Assembly: GCA_963844715.1 (NCBI GenBank)
Contig: CAWJPJ010000008.1
Coordinates: 576,001 to 640,000, forward strand
DNA: 64,000 nt
Direction: 5' to 3'
From: an uncultured Phycisphaerales bacterium
GTDB lineage: Bacteria; Planctomycetota; Phycisphaerae; Tepidisphaerales; Tepidisphaeraceae
In this document: piece after piece, positions 51,267 to 62,756 of the stretch
How positions within the stretch are numbered: the first letter of the stretch is position 1
How the letters are laid out: each line of letters begins with the position of its first letter
Position numbers and translations under genes: made by a program
The notes under the pieces: generated by a model
Databases searched by the model: none
What the model saw: only the letters and a program-made list of their open reading frames with translations
What the model was told of the DNA's origin: nothing

Positions 51267-52317
51267 ATGGGCGCACCAGTTGAGCTAACCTCGGACCAGA
51301 TACGGGAAGCGCCGTTGCGCAAGAGAAGCCGCGGAAACCGTGGCTTCCCGACGATGCGGATTTGACCCGGCGCTGGCGACACTGCTGATCTGCAACTCGC
51401 ACTTGAAGGATTATTACCCGGCGACGTGGATGGGGGGGGACGGACTGCTGGGGAATTCGTTCTTTTTCTTTCTTTCGGGTTTCGGGGTCGCGATGGGGGC
51501 GAAATCGCGCGGGCGGGGATTTTTCCCATGGTACTGGCGGCGGATTGGACGGATCTATCCGACGGCTATTCTGGGCGTGATTCTACTACAAATACCGCTC
51601 TACGGCGTTTGGGGGACGCACAGCTTTTGGGATTACGTGCACGTCTTTATTTGGCCGACGCCTTATGCCTACGTGGGGACCATCATGGTCGTCTACATTG
51701 CCATTTACTGGCTGCTGAAGCTCAAGTCGAGGGCGATGGTGGCGGTATGCATCGCGGCGATCGCATGCGAGGCCTGGGTGATGTTTGCCCATGACGTCGC
51801 GACGGTGCGTCCCGGCGTGCGGCTGATCCTGTGGAATTTGCCTGGGATGCATACTTTGTATTTTTGCTGCGTGGCGCTACTCGGCGCGACGGTGGCGCCG
51901 ATTACGTATCGTCCCGTGAAGACGCTTCCCAGGGATATTCTGGCATTTCTGGCGATATTCGGGGTGTATATGGGGGTGAAATTTGAAACGGATCGCGGAC
52001 ACATTCCTCAGACCGTGCTCATGGTGCACGCCATGGTCGCTGTGATGTGCCTGTTGATGATGCGCATCTCGGGATCGGATGGGTTTCATGCCTTGTGCCG
52101 GAGGATCAAGCCGGTGGGATCGCTTGTCGCATTTCTCGCGCCGCTGACTTTGGCGATATACGTGGTTCAGGGATATGTGTGGTCGGCGAAGAGCGTGATG
52201 TATTTACCGCGGCCGCTGAATTTGGCGGTGTTCTGGTCGCTGACATTTTGCGGGGCGGTGGTGCTGGACCAGTTAGCCAAACCTTTTACGATCACACGGT
52301 CGCGGAATGCGAGTTAG
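51267..52317 (+). CDS. Acyltransferase_3 (OafA-like) membrane O-acyltransferase (5' frameshift likely)
   Basis: LLICNSH, GNSFFFFLSGFG and RRIGRIYP motifs in a multi-TM protein. Confidence 0.72.
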
Positions 52318-52706
52318 GAATTCTTCCTTTTTTTTGCCCAGAATTCCGCGCGCTTTTTCCTGATTTCCGGCGGGATGGGATTTTCGCGCATGAACTGCGC
52401 CGTTTCGTGGAGCATCCGGAAGAAGGCGGTGAAGTCCTCGCCGAAGACGAAAAGGCGCAGTTGCCTGGCTTCGCCGGTTTCGGGGTCGCGTTTGCGTTCG
52501 GTCAGGACGAGGAGATGGTTCCCGTTGGGCAGTTCCTTGAGTTCGGAGTGATAGGAGCGCGGGCCGACGGATTGGAAGAATCGGTTGAAGAGGATTTTTG
52601 CGTCGGGCTTCGCGGACCGGGGCGCCGCAGCGGGCGTGCGGGCCGGGCCGTTTTTGACTACAACGCGCGAGACGTTTTTGGGAGCCGGGGAGCGCATAGC
52701 GATCAT
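52314..52706 (-). CDS. PUR-domain (DUF3276-like) nucleic-acid-binding protein
   Basis: GPRSYHSELKE..NGNHLLVLTE.KRD....RLFVFGEDF..F pattern; strong GAGGAAGGAG RBS. Confidence 0.6.
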   Translation of the reverse strand: MIAMRSPAPKNVSRVVVKNGPARTPAAAPRSAKPDAKILFNRFFQSVGPRSYHSELKELPNGNHLLVLTERKRDPETGEARQLRLFVFGEDFTAFFRMLHETAQFMRENPIPPEIRKKRAEFWAKKRKNS

Positions 52707-52762
52707 GTCCGCAGTCTCCTTCCTCAATAGTATAAGACACAACCAGGCCTAAAGTCGCATGG

Positions 52763-52839
52763 GAATAGTTGCCCGTTGTTAGATGCCAGTTGCCAGTCAA
52801 AAACGCGGTCTTTAACTGGCAACTCGCAACTAGCAACTG
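52763..52839. repeat. Heptamer-armed palindrome, family B
   Basis: AATAGTTGCC...CAGTTGCCAGT...ACTGGCAACTCGCAACTAGCAACT. Confidence 0.7.
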
Positions 52840-52844
52840 TTCAA

Positions 52845-53456
52845 TCAGTTATAACTTCGTAAAACCCCAATCACGACGCCCTGGATTCGGCATTGGTCTG
52901 CTTCGACGATGCGGGGTTCCATGGCGCTATTGGCGGGCTGGAGGCGGATTTTGCCCCCTTCCTTATAAAAGCGCTTCAGGGTGGCCTCGCCGGTGTCCAG
53001 AAGGGCGACGACTTGCTCGCCATTGCGGGCGGTTTCGCGGCGTTCGATGATCACATAGTCGCCGTCGCATAGATGATCGTCGATCATCGATTCCCCGCGC
53101 ACGCGCAGTACATAAACGCCGCTGCGCGAATGGAACATCTGTTCCAGGTCGATTTCCTCGCGGTTTTCCACGGCTTCGATGGGCGACCCGGCCGCGATAT
53201 TGCCCAGCAGCGGCAGCTTGGTCGAGCGGTTCTCATCCGGCAATCTCTCGTCGGAAACGATCTCCAGCGAGCGGGCCTTGTGCTTATCCCGCGTCAAAAC
53301 CCGCTTCCGCTCCAAAGCGCCGACATGCTCGAAAATAGTGACCTTGCTGGTCCCAAGCTGATCGGCCAATTCCTGCATGGTGGGGGCGTAGCCATGCAGA
53401 TGGCGGTAGTTGCGGATCGCGACGACCACGTCCAACTGGCGGGGAGTCAGGTTCAT
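52845..53456 (-). CDS. lexA: SOS repressor LexA
   Basis: LTPRQ...PTMQEL wHTH, IAAG cleavage site, VRGESM catalytic Ser and ATLKR catalytic Lys. Confidence 0.95.
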   Translation of the reverse strand: MNLTPRQLDVVVAIRNYRHLHGYAPTMQELADQLGTSKVTIFEHVGALERKRVLTRDKHKARSLEIVSDERLPDENRSTKLPLLGNIAAGSPIEAVENREEIDLEQMFHSRSGVYVLRVRGESMIDDHLCDGDYVIIERRETARNGEQVVALLDTGEATLKRFYKEGGKIRLQPANSAMEPRIVEADQCRIQGVVIGVLRSYN

Positions 53457-53490
53457 GGTATTTCCTTAGTTCGGAAACCGTACGGGGAGT

Positions 53491-53519
53491 ACATTACCCT
53501 AACAATGGTGGGGAGTCAA
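53491..53519 (-). promoter_or_regulatory. Putative lexA promoter
   Basis: Minus-strand TTGACT-N17-TAATGT. Confidence 0.5.
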
Positions 53520-53532
53520 GGAGCAATTAGAA

Positions 53533-53608
53533 GTGACAAAGAGACAAAGAGACGGAGAGACGAAGTGGGCTGATCACCTCACTTCGTCTCTCCGTCTCTT
53601 GGTCTCTT
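53533..53608. repeat. Octamer-armed palindrome, family C
   Basis: ACAAAGAGACAAAGAGACGGAGAGACGAAGTG...CACTTCGTCTCTCCGTCTCT. Confidence 0.75.
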
Positions 53609-53611
53609 CCC

Positions 53612-53658
53612 CAAAAAAAGGAGCCGGCGGGTGGATTATATGAACCCAACCCGCCGGC
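53612..53658 (-). terminator. Intrinsic terminator of rnpB
   Basis: GCCGGCGGGT...ACCCGCCGGC stem followed by a T-run on the minus strand. Confidence 0.65.
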
Positions 53659-53666
53659 ACTGGTTC

Positions 53667-54074
<408 letters not shown>

Positions 54075-54113
54075 ACATCCATTATATCATAAACGGAAGC
54101 GGGGGCCTTGAGT

Positions 54114-56465
54114 TCATTCCTTCGATTTCCCGGGGATCAGGGCGGCAAAGAAGACAATCGCCGCCAACAGAATCATCAGGAAAGCCGCTTCCGGATAGGC
54201 CTGGTTGAAAAACTGGAACACGCCGGGCCAGCGCCCATGATCGCCGTTAAGCAATTGATGCCCGATTTCCCCCGCCGCCAGGATCGCGAGCAAAACGTGC
54301 AGCAGGGAGAAGCCGGTCGAGACCGCCACGAACGCCGCCGACAGGGCGCTCGGCCAAAGCATGTATCGATCTCCCGTCTGGCACATGATGATGGGAAAGA
54401 GCAGCCACGGGCGCACAGCGCGATCAAAATGCGCGGGTCCTTCCGGCGGCTCTGCATGGCGGCGGCGAACGACATCAGAAGCAGCGTCGCGCCGTAGGCG
54501 ATCGCCAGGCTGGTCTTCAAATCCAGATCGAAATTCCAATGCAAAATGGAAAGAGTTCCGACCGGGTCGTGCAGGTCCCATTTGTAGCGTTGCAAAAGCA
54601 GGGAGGGGAAGTTGGTGAAGCTCCCCAGGCCCATTTGCATCTGGTCGTGCTTGACGGTGCCGTAGGCGAAGCCGAGCTGCCACCAGGCGAAGTCGCCGCC
54701 GAGAGTGGCTCCGGCCGCCCAGACTCCCGCCGCCGCGGTCGCCAGGGTCCAGTATTTGATTGAACGTCCGGCGAAAATCCACGGCATCCCGATCAAAACA
54801 GTCGTCGCCGCCGCCGCCCAGAGACGATGACCCGGCAGGCGCGTGGACCAAAAAATGCAGAACAGCCCGGCGCACGCGACCACCGCGATCAGGATATAAA
54901 ACCGAAGCGGGTGCGCCGCGCGGCACGGGGCGGATTTTCGGAGCATCACCAGGCCGTCCCCGTACAAAATCAGCGCGATGACGAAGAGGATAATCCAATG
55001 ATGCGCATCGCCCGAATTGATGAGCCAGGGCCAGAGCAGGAGCGCGGTCCCCAAAGCGAATCCCGTGAGGATTCTTCCCGCGGCTCCCCATTTTCCTTCA
55101 AAGATCGGCCAGAGAAAGAGGATCGGACCGGCCAGCAGGATTTGCCCCTTCATCATGCAGCCCAGGGCGAGCACGAGGCCGGCGCATAGCCACCAATTTA
55201 CGCTCGCCAGCAGTGCCGCGAAGATGAAAATCGGCAGGATCCAGACGTCCCACTGCGGCCAGACATGGCCGTCGATAATGACCATCGGGTCGAACCAGAC
55301 CATCAGTGCCGCGATCCACGCGCAAGCCCAGGCGCGATGGACGGGGGGAGGATGCGGGCGCTGGCGACCATGACGATGAAGAGGACGAACATCGCCATCC
55401 AGGCGGGCCAATCCGGCCAGGAACTGCCCCCGACCGGATCGGTCGAAAATGTGACGCTCGGTCCACCGGCGACGAAAGTTTGATCGGGCGTGGCGCTGGT
55501 GCCGCTTATGGCGTTGGCGACGAGGCGGAAATGGATCGTCTGTCCCTGCGTAACCGGGCTGATGGTGACCAGAACGCGAATGGGGCGAAATCCCGGTATC
55601 GGGCGAAACGGGGTGGCGTGGGAATAAGCCGGGGAAGTTCCCCACTCGATGCGCCAGCGAGAGATGCTCTGCTGTCCATCGACAACGCCGTAGATGGAAG
55701 CGGTGTAGCCGCTCGGAACGACGCTGAGAAGATTCACAGTTGGCGTGGCGCGTGGCGGGAGGGCCGAGAGCCCGGCGTAGCAGTACCAAAAGGCGGCGGT
55801 CGCGACCAAAAACGCCGCCAGCCCGCGCGGGTAGCGAGGGGGAGGGTCGAGAAGGGTCTTGCCGGCGCCGCGCCGCACCCAGAGCCAGACCAGCCCGAAC
55901 ATTCCCACGGCGGCAAGCGCTTCGCACACCGTGTTAAAATTCAGCAGCGGGTAGGCGATGTCCTCGTCCTGCGGGACGACCGTGTCGGGTCGGCCGCGAC
56001 GCGCGGGGAAATTCCGGTACTCGGGATGAGTTTCCTGTACATGGCGGACAAAAAATGTGGCGACGGTCAGACGCAGCGGGGGATAGTCGAGTCCGGAATA
56101 GGGATTGCCGAACAGGTCTTCCCCGGAGGTCAGGCAATAGTCGTAGTAATGAACGATCGCATCGCACGTTTCGGAGAACGTGAGCTTGCGCTGTATCGGC
56201 TGCAAATGGTCGCGCGCCTCCTCGGCGCGGAGAGCGCCGTTGCCGAGGAAGAAAAGGGTTACCAGATCGGCCTGGAATCGCGTCGAGCGGGTGTTGGGCC
56301 AGAGATCGCTGCGGATGCTCAGCCCAACGCAGGCGGCCCAGATTCCCTGACCGATGATGAATACCCCGATGAGAATCCAGAGAACCAGGTCGCGCCGCGC
56401 GCGGGCGCGGGAACGAGCGTCCGCGGCGGCTCTTTGACGGCGCTTATGTCCAGGGATGAATTCAC
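54114..56465 (-). CDS. Large GT-C membrane glycosyltransferase-like protein with FN3-like insert (several frameshifts)
   Basis: GLDYPPLR, DGHVWPQWDVW, GCMMKGQ, FAYGT and QTGDRY motifs across ORFs 55303, 54176 and 54114. Confidence 0.6.
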
Positions 56466-58640
56466 AGGTCGATTTCCCCGAATTTTGTGCGCCGCGGCGC
56501 GGCTACCGCGCAATAGAGAAAGATGGCGGCGGCCAAAAGCATTGCCCATGCCAGGCCGGGGAAAGTGGGCTGGGTGATGAGTCCGGTCACGGGCGCGCCG
56601 CCGAAGCTTCCGATGCTGACGTATTGGTTTCCGAGCATGATGCAGCCGAAGATCGTCATCAAAAGCCCCATCAGCGCCATGCCTGTCGAGACGCCGATCA
56701 GGGATGCGGCGATGACCGCGGGCAGAAGCGTGTAGCGCGCCGCCATTTGCGTCAGGATTGTCGGGAAAAGCACCCACGGCGTCACAACGGCGATGAGGAA
56801 GCGCGGATCGCGCCGGCGAATGTGAATCGCCGCGCCGATGGCGCACAGGACGACGGCCAGCAGATAAATGAACCCGAGCGTTTGTCGCAAATCGAGTTGA
56901 AACGGCCAGGCCATGGCGGGGTCGTGAAGATGCCAGCCGAATCGGCACTCCAGGAGCGAGCAGAGGTTGCTCAAACTGAACTGCCCGAGTTGCATCTGCT
57001 GCCAGCGCTTGGTCCCGTAGGCGAAGCCGACATCCCACCAGGAGAATTTTCCATCGAGGCCGAATCCGGCAAGCCAGATGCCCGCCGCGATAACGAATGC
57101 GAAGTACGTCGGCCAATACCAGCGGCGGATGAATCGCGGGGCGATAAGGATCCCTGCGCAAACCGCCAGGACGCAGAGGCGCAAGACCCAATGCACATCG
57201 AAGAAGATCCAAAGGATGAGAATCGCCGCACTGCCTAGGGCGACGAGGCGGAGAATCAGTACGTAGGGGGCGATGCGCTCGGCCGGGCCGGCGACGATTT
57301 CCGTCTCATGCGTTTCCGGGGCCAGAGGCGTTGGCGGGCGCACGCGGCGGAGATTCACCCGGCGCATCGAGCCGACCATTCGCGAGATCGCCGGCTCGGC
57401 GGTGACTTCCGCCAGGACGATCACGCCGGCGGCGAACACGCCGATCGCATAGTGTAGCGCCGACGGATTGCTGAGCAGCCACGGCGATACGATCACCCCG
57501 GCTCCGAGCCGCCAGCCCGGACAGAATGCAGATAAACTTGCCCGGCCAACCCGCCAATAGCGGCGCCAGGAGCAGGACGGGCGCGGCAAAGAGAATCTGA
57601 CCCTTGAGCATGCATCCGACGCCTAGGGCGAGCCCGGCGCACAGCCACCAATCCACCGATGCCAGAAGCGCCGCGACCAGAAAGAATGTCGGCAGCCAGA
57701 CGTCCCATTGCGGCCAGACATGTCCATCCAAAAGCATCGGCGGGTTCAGCCAGACGAGCGTGCCGGCGATCATGCCACATGCCGGTCCGCGAAACGGCAC
57801 AGGAAGAAATCGCGCCAGGCCGACCAGCGACAGAAATCCAACGATCAGAAAAAGCCAGAACGGCACGCTCGTCACCAGCAAATCAATCGGCGTGGTGATT
57901 TGCGGGTTTGTTGGGGCGAGCGTCCATCCAAGAATCGGGCGAAGCAAGAGCAGCAGCACCAGCACCCCGAGCGGGGCCAGCAGCATTCGATCTCCCCATC
58001 GCCATTTTTTCCCGTCGCGATTGGTCCACAGCCAGACGAGCAAAAACGTCGCAATCGTTGAGACGGCTTCCATGGCCGTGTTGATCAGAAGCATCGGCTG
58101 GGCAACGTCTTTGGTCACCCAGCGCGTCCGATGCTGAGCGGGGACATACCAGGGGGTTGGATCATTCGGGAAATTGTGAAGCCCGGGGAAACTCTCCTCC
58201 ACATGGCGCTCCCACAGCACGAGGATCAACGATCGCATCGGCGGGTAGTCCAGCTTGACCTCGCGGTTCTCGACGCCGACGTCCATTTGATCGTAGAATT
58301 GCATCCACCCGCGCACGACCTGAAGGAACGTCGGGGTTGCGTCCTGCGGCAGGTTGGCAAGCTGCCGAGAGGTGTTCAGAATCATGTCGGACTTGGTCAT
58401 GGCATCGTCGATATCCTCGCGCATATTCGGACCCGACCAGAGCCCGGCGCGGATATCCATACCGATTAGAAAAATCCGCCAGAAGTAAAAGAGGATGAGG
58501 ATGGCGACGAGCCCCGCGCCGATGGCGCGGCGATTCCGCTCCGCCGGCGAGGATTGCGGCGCGGCCAGGCCCGAAATTGTGGTGCTTCCCTCGACCATCT
58601 CAAGCCCCAAACGCTCCCCGCTTTCACGCCACAGAATCAT
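56462..58640 (-). CDS. Large GT-C membrane glycosyltransferase-like protein (tandem paralog; frameshift near 57510)
   Basis: KLDYPPMR, DGHVWPQWDVW, GCMLKGQ, FAYGT and QMAARY; shares motifs with the downstream paralog. Confidence 0.62.
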
Positions 58641-58793
58641 CTAATAGACGGCGTCCCAAGGGCGATTTTCCGCCTCCGGGGCAATTTCTTAGCATGTTTG
58701 GCTAAGCCGAGCCAGCACATGCCAATAAGATATGTCCGCCGGCGCTGACGAAGGGACTTTCAGCCTCGATTTGATGCGGTCGAAACATGAAGT

Positions 58794-61700
58794 GTGACAT
58801 TAGTCCAAGAGGTCGAACAATCCGCGCCCGCAACGCATCGCGACCTGTCGGCGGGGGAGGCCCTTAAGCTCGCTTGGCCGTTCGTTTTGCTGACCCTGCT
58901 CCTGTTTGGAATGGCGCTTCTTAGCAGCCGGCCTGTGGCGATTGGGCACGCCGGGTCGGATGTGACCAGCCAATTCCGGTATTGGGAGCAATTCGGGTTT
59001 TCGCATCTGCGAAACGGGGAACTGCCGCTCTGGAACCCGCACTCCTATTCCGGGTATCCGTTTTTCGGCAACTGGCAAACGGCCCTCCTCTATCCCATCA
59101 ACTGGCTGCATCTTCTTCTTCCCTGGAATATTGCCCTGAACTGGGTCATCGCGATCCATTTCTTCCTGACCGGTTGGTTCACGGCTCTGTGGTGCCGGTA
59201 CCGGATGACCAGCCGGATCGGCTCGGCGCTGGCGGGCCTGATCGCCGTCGGAGGCGGGGGATATTACCTGCACATTTACGCGGGGCATGTTTCGTTCGTC
59301 TGCGCCGCGGCGTGGACGCCGCTGATTCTGCTTTGCGCCGACGGGATGTTGCGCGAAAATCGTGGTGGTGGGTTCGGCTGGGAGTGATCGCGGTGACCAT
59401 GCAGATTCTGGCCGGGTTCCCGCAGGTCGTCTATTACACCGCGCTCATGACCGGCGTTTACACGCTCATTCAATTGCCGCGATCGAAGCACAAATTTTTT
59501 CCGATTGGCGGGTTTCTTGTCATCGCCCTGTTCGCCTGCGGGATCGCGGCGGTGCAGATTCTCGTGGGATTGGAAACCGCCTCGGAATCCGTACGCGGGG
59601 GCGGGGCGTCCATCTTTCTGGCGGCGTCCTACTCGCTGGCGCCGGAAAATCTGGCGACCATCATCATGCCGCATTTCCTGGGGGACATGTCCGAATTCCA
59701 TCCCTATTTCGGGCGCTGGTTTCTTTGGGAAACCTGCCTGTTCGTGGGCTCGGGCGGGTTGTGCCTGGCTGTGATCGGAGGTTTCGATCGGCCCAATCGC
59801 GGCGCCCCGGTGGCGCTTTCGATGGTGATTCTTTCGGTAATTCTTGCCCTGGGGTCATACACGGGGCTCTTTCCCATTCTCTATAAATACGTGCCTCTGT
59901 ACGGCAATTTTCGGGTCAACGGGCGGTTCGGATTATTCTTTTGCCTGTTCATGGGAATGCTCGCCGGTTTTGGATTCGACCGGCTGCGGCGCGGGCTGCA
60001 TCCAAAACCGTGGTTTGCCCTGGTGTTCCTCCTTCCCGGGCTGATCGCAGTCGCGTTCTCGGTCTGGATGCATCTGCATCCTGCCTCCAACGCGCGGCTT
60101 TGGTGGACGGCGATGGACCGGATGTGGAACGAGGGCGCGGTCATCATTCCGAAAAAGGTCTTGTTCGATTCGAATTTCCGCCGGCAAGCGCCGCTGTATG
60201 CGAATCTTCAGATCGCCATTGCCGGCGCGACGCTTTGCGTCGTGGGCGGGCTGTTGCTGATTCTTCCACGCCGAAAATGGGCCGTCGCGGCGCTGGGGAT
60301 CGTCGCGGTTATCGAGATTGTCGCGTTCGATATTCATCAGTTCGAGACGCAGCCGGCGGACATTCAAATGCCGGCGGCGTGGCAAACGGCGCTGGCGGAT
60401 TTGCCGCCGGACCAGCGGGCTTATGTTCCGAGTCTGGTCTTCACGGATAGTGGGGCATCCGAGGGACAAAACGACATCTGGGGGTACGACCCGTTCATGC
60501 CGCGCCGATACGCCGAGTTCATGGCCATGACGCAGGGGAAAGACCCCGAGAAGTACGGCTATCAGCTTGCCGTGCACAAGTTATCCCCGATGCTGAAAAT
60601 GGTCCGGCTGGGGCTTTATCTCAACGAAGACGACAAACCCGCCGTGCGCGTGCAGGGGGCTTTGCCGCAGGCTTTGGTTGTATACAAATGGAAGTTCGCC
60701 CGCTCGCGCGAGGAGGCGATTGCGGAGATGCAGGATCCGTCGTTTGATCCGAGCCAGACGGTGGTTCTGGAAACCGCGCCCAATCCGCTTCCGGATGACA
60801 GCGGCGCGGAGCCGCCGCCGGCGATCGTTCAAATCTTCCATCAGACGACCGACGGGATGGAGATTTACGCGAATCTTGCGCAGCCGGGGATTCTGCTGAT
60901 CACGGACGCCTATGCGCGGGTGGGATGTGCAGGAAGATGGACCCTCGGGCCTGGCGAAGTATCCCGTGCTTCCGGGCGATTGGTGCCTTCGCGCCATCCC
61001 GCTTTCGGCGGGGGTCCACAATCTGACAGTGCGGTACGAGCCGATGTCCTATTTCTGGGGGCTGCCGATCACGTGGATTTCCCTGCCGGTATTTGCGTTC
61101 TGGTGCATCATTCCGGCCATTCGCAGGCGCCAGCATTTCGCCTTTGCATATTCGGTGGGGATCAGCGTCGCGGCGGTCAGCCTGGTGAACGGAAAATTCC
61201 GGTATTCGCGATTTTCGGAACCCTATTACAAGCCGGATCAGCCGGTAGATGATGCTTCGGTCGTCTATCCCGGCGAAGACATTCAGCATCTACCGATTGA
61301 CACCGAGCGCCGCGCGATCTTTGCATCCCACCTGAAGCAGGCGCAGGCGTCGCTTCCGCCGGGATTCACGGCCGTGCCGGAATATCCGTTTGTGGTGATC
61401 GGCAACGACGACCCCGACACGGTGCGCCGCTACGCCCGCCATGAAGTCGCCTGGGCCGCCATGCTGATCAAAAACGATTTTTTCCCGAGCGACCCGGGGC
61501 GGATCAGGGATGTGTGGCTCTTCAACAATGCTTATACCTTCCGCCACTATAGTGGACGGCTGTTTGACGTTAATCCGGATAATGACTTCAGCGATTACTT
61601 GCAATCAGGCCGGGTTATTCTGATCAATATCGGCACCGGGGGGGGCACAGTGGCGACGACGTTGATGGATGTTTATCTGGGGGAGAATTTCCCGCGCTGC

Positions 61701-62123
61701 CCATTCTGGTTCCGGGTCGGGTTTGGGGAACTTTATTGGATGCCTACCGAACGGAACGGACACATCTACGCCTATCCCAACTGGCGGCTAACCCAGCTCC
61801 AGGATGCGATCCGCGCGGATCACGTCCTTTCGTTTCAGGACCTGATCACGGGGGATCCGAACATCGGGCTGCGCAATCAATCCTACCTCACGCAAGCGCG
61901 GTACCTCTGCTACTACATGCAGGAAAAGGGGCTGCTGGGGAAATATTTCACGCAGCTCCAGGCCAATATCGATGCCGATCCGACGGGGCTACAGACTTTG
62001 GAAGAAGTATTGGGCGAGACGGACCTGTTTAATTTCCAGAGCCGATGGAGCCAGTGGGTGCTGGAGCAAACGGTTCCGGAATTGGATTGGGTAGACGGAA
62101 AAGGACTTGTGGCTAGAAACTAG
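58794..62123 (+). CDS. YfhO-family GT-C membrane protein fused to peptidase-MA/DUF1570-like domain (frameshifts near 59355 and 60915)
   Basis: GELPLWNPHSYSGYPF...LYP, LAGFPQ, FRVNGRF, GYDP and DAY..GW...LRAIPLSAGVH...YEP YfhO motifs, followed by a soluble C-terminal domain. Confidence 0.7.
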
Positions 62124-62167
62124 AAGCTTCTAGAGACTAGAAGGTAGAAGCTGGAGGCTAGAAGCTA
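62112..62167. repeat. CTAGAAG heptamer-type tandem repeat
   Basis: CTAGAAACTAGAAGCTTCTAGAGACTAGAAGGTAGAAGCTGGAGGCTAGAAG, overlapping the YfhO stop. Confidence 0.5.
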
Positions 62168-62756
62168 AGGGGGAAAATTCAGTATTGGGAAAAGGGTGGG
62201 GGAGGTCGCCGCAGCGACCTAGAGGGTGGAAAGTTGAGAGTAGAAAGTGGAGCTGGGGGCGGCAAAATAAATCGAATTCGGAAAAAGGCTGGGGGTATTT
62301 TTTGGCGCGGGTTTTCTATTCAAACTAATATTGGGGGGATTTTTGGGGGAAGTTGTTTGCTGCTCTGGAGTTGGGGTGTTTGTTTGACGTTCAATAGACA
62401 GTTGGCCGCCATGGCGGCCCTCCGGCTAGTGGGGAGAAGAAGGCCTTTGGCGGCTCGATATCGCCGCACGGCGATCGAGAATAAGAAAATAAATATGTTC
62501 ATAGCAAGAAGATTTAATTTTTTGGAATGCGCGCAAGGGGCTGGGCGGCATTGGGTTGTGAGTGGGAGCGTAGAATTCAGAAAAAGGAATTTAATTCGAT
62601 GACATTAATGCGGCGTTGCTAGGTGACAGATCATCTACAGTCGCGCGTGCTTGAATCGGCGAGAGAATGAGTGATGGCCCCTTTTCTTCTTCCGACTCTA
62701 ATTATCCCTGACTATTTCGGCGGCGTCATGGGCGTTCAATGGGGGGCGCGTAAGGG

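Noticed and set aside
62170..62750. Small ORFs in the AT-rich intergenic region
   Set aside because: No RBS or coding-like composition; low-complexity G/A- and T-rich sequence between convergent genes.
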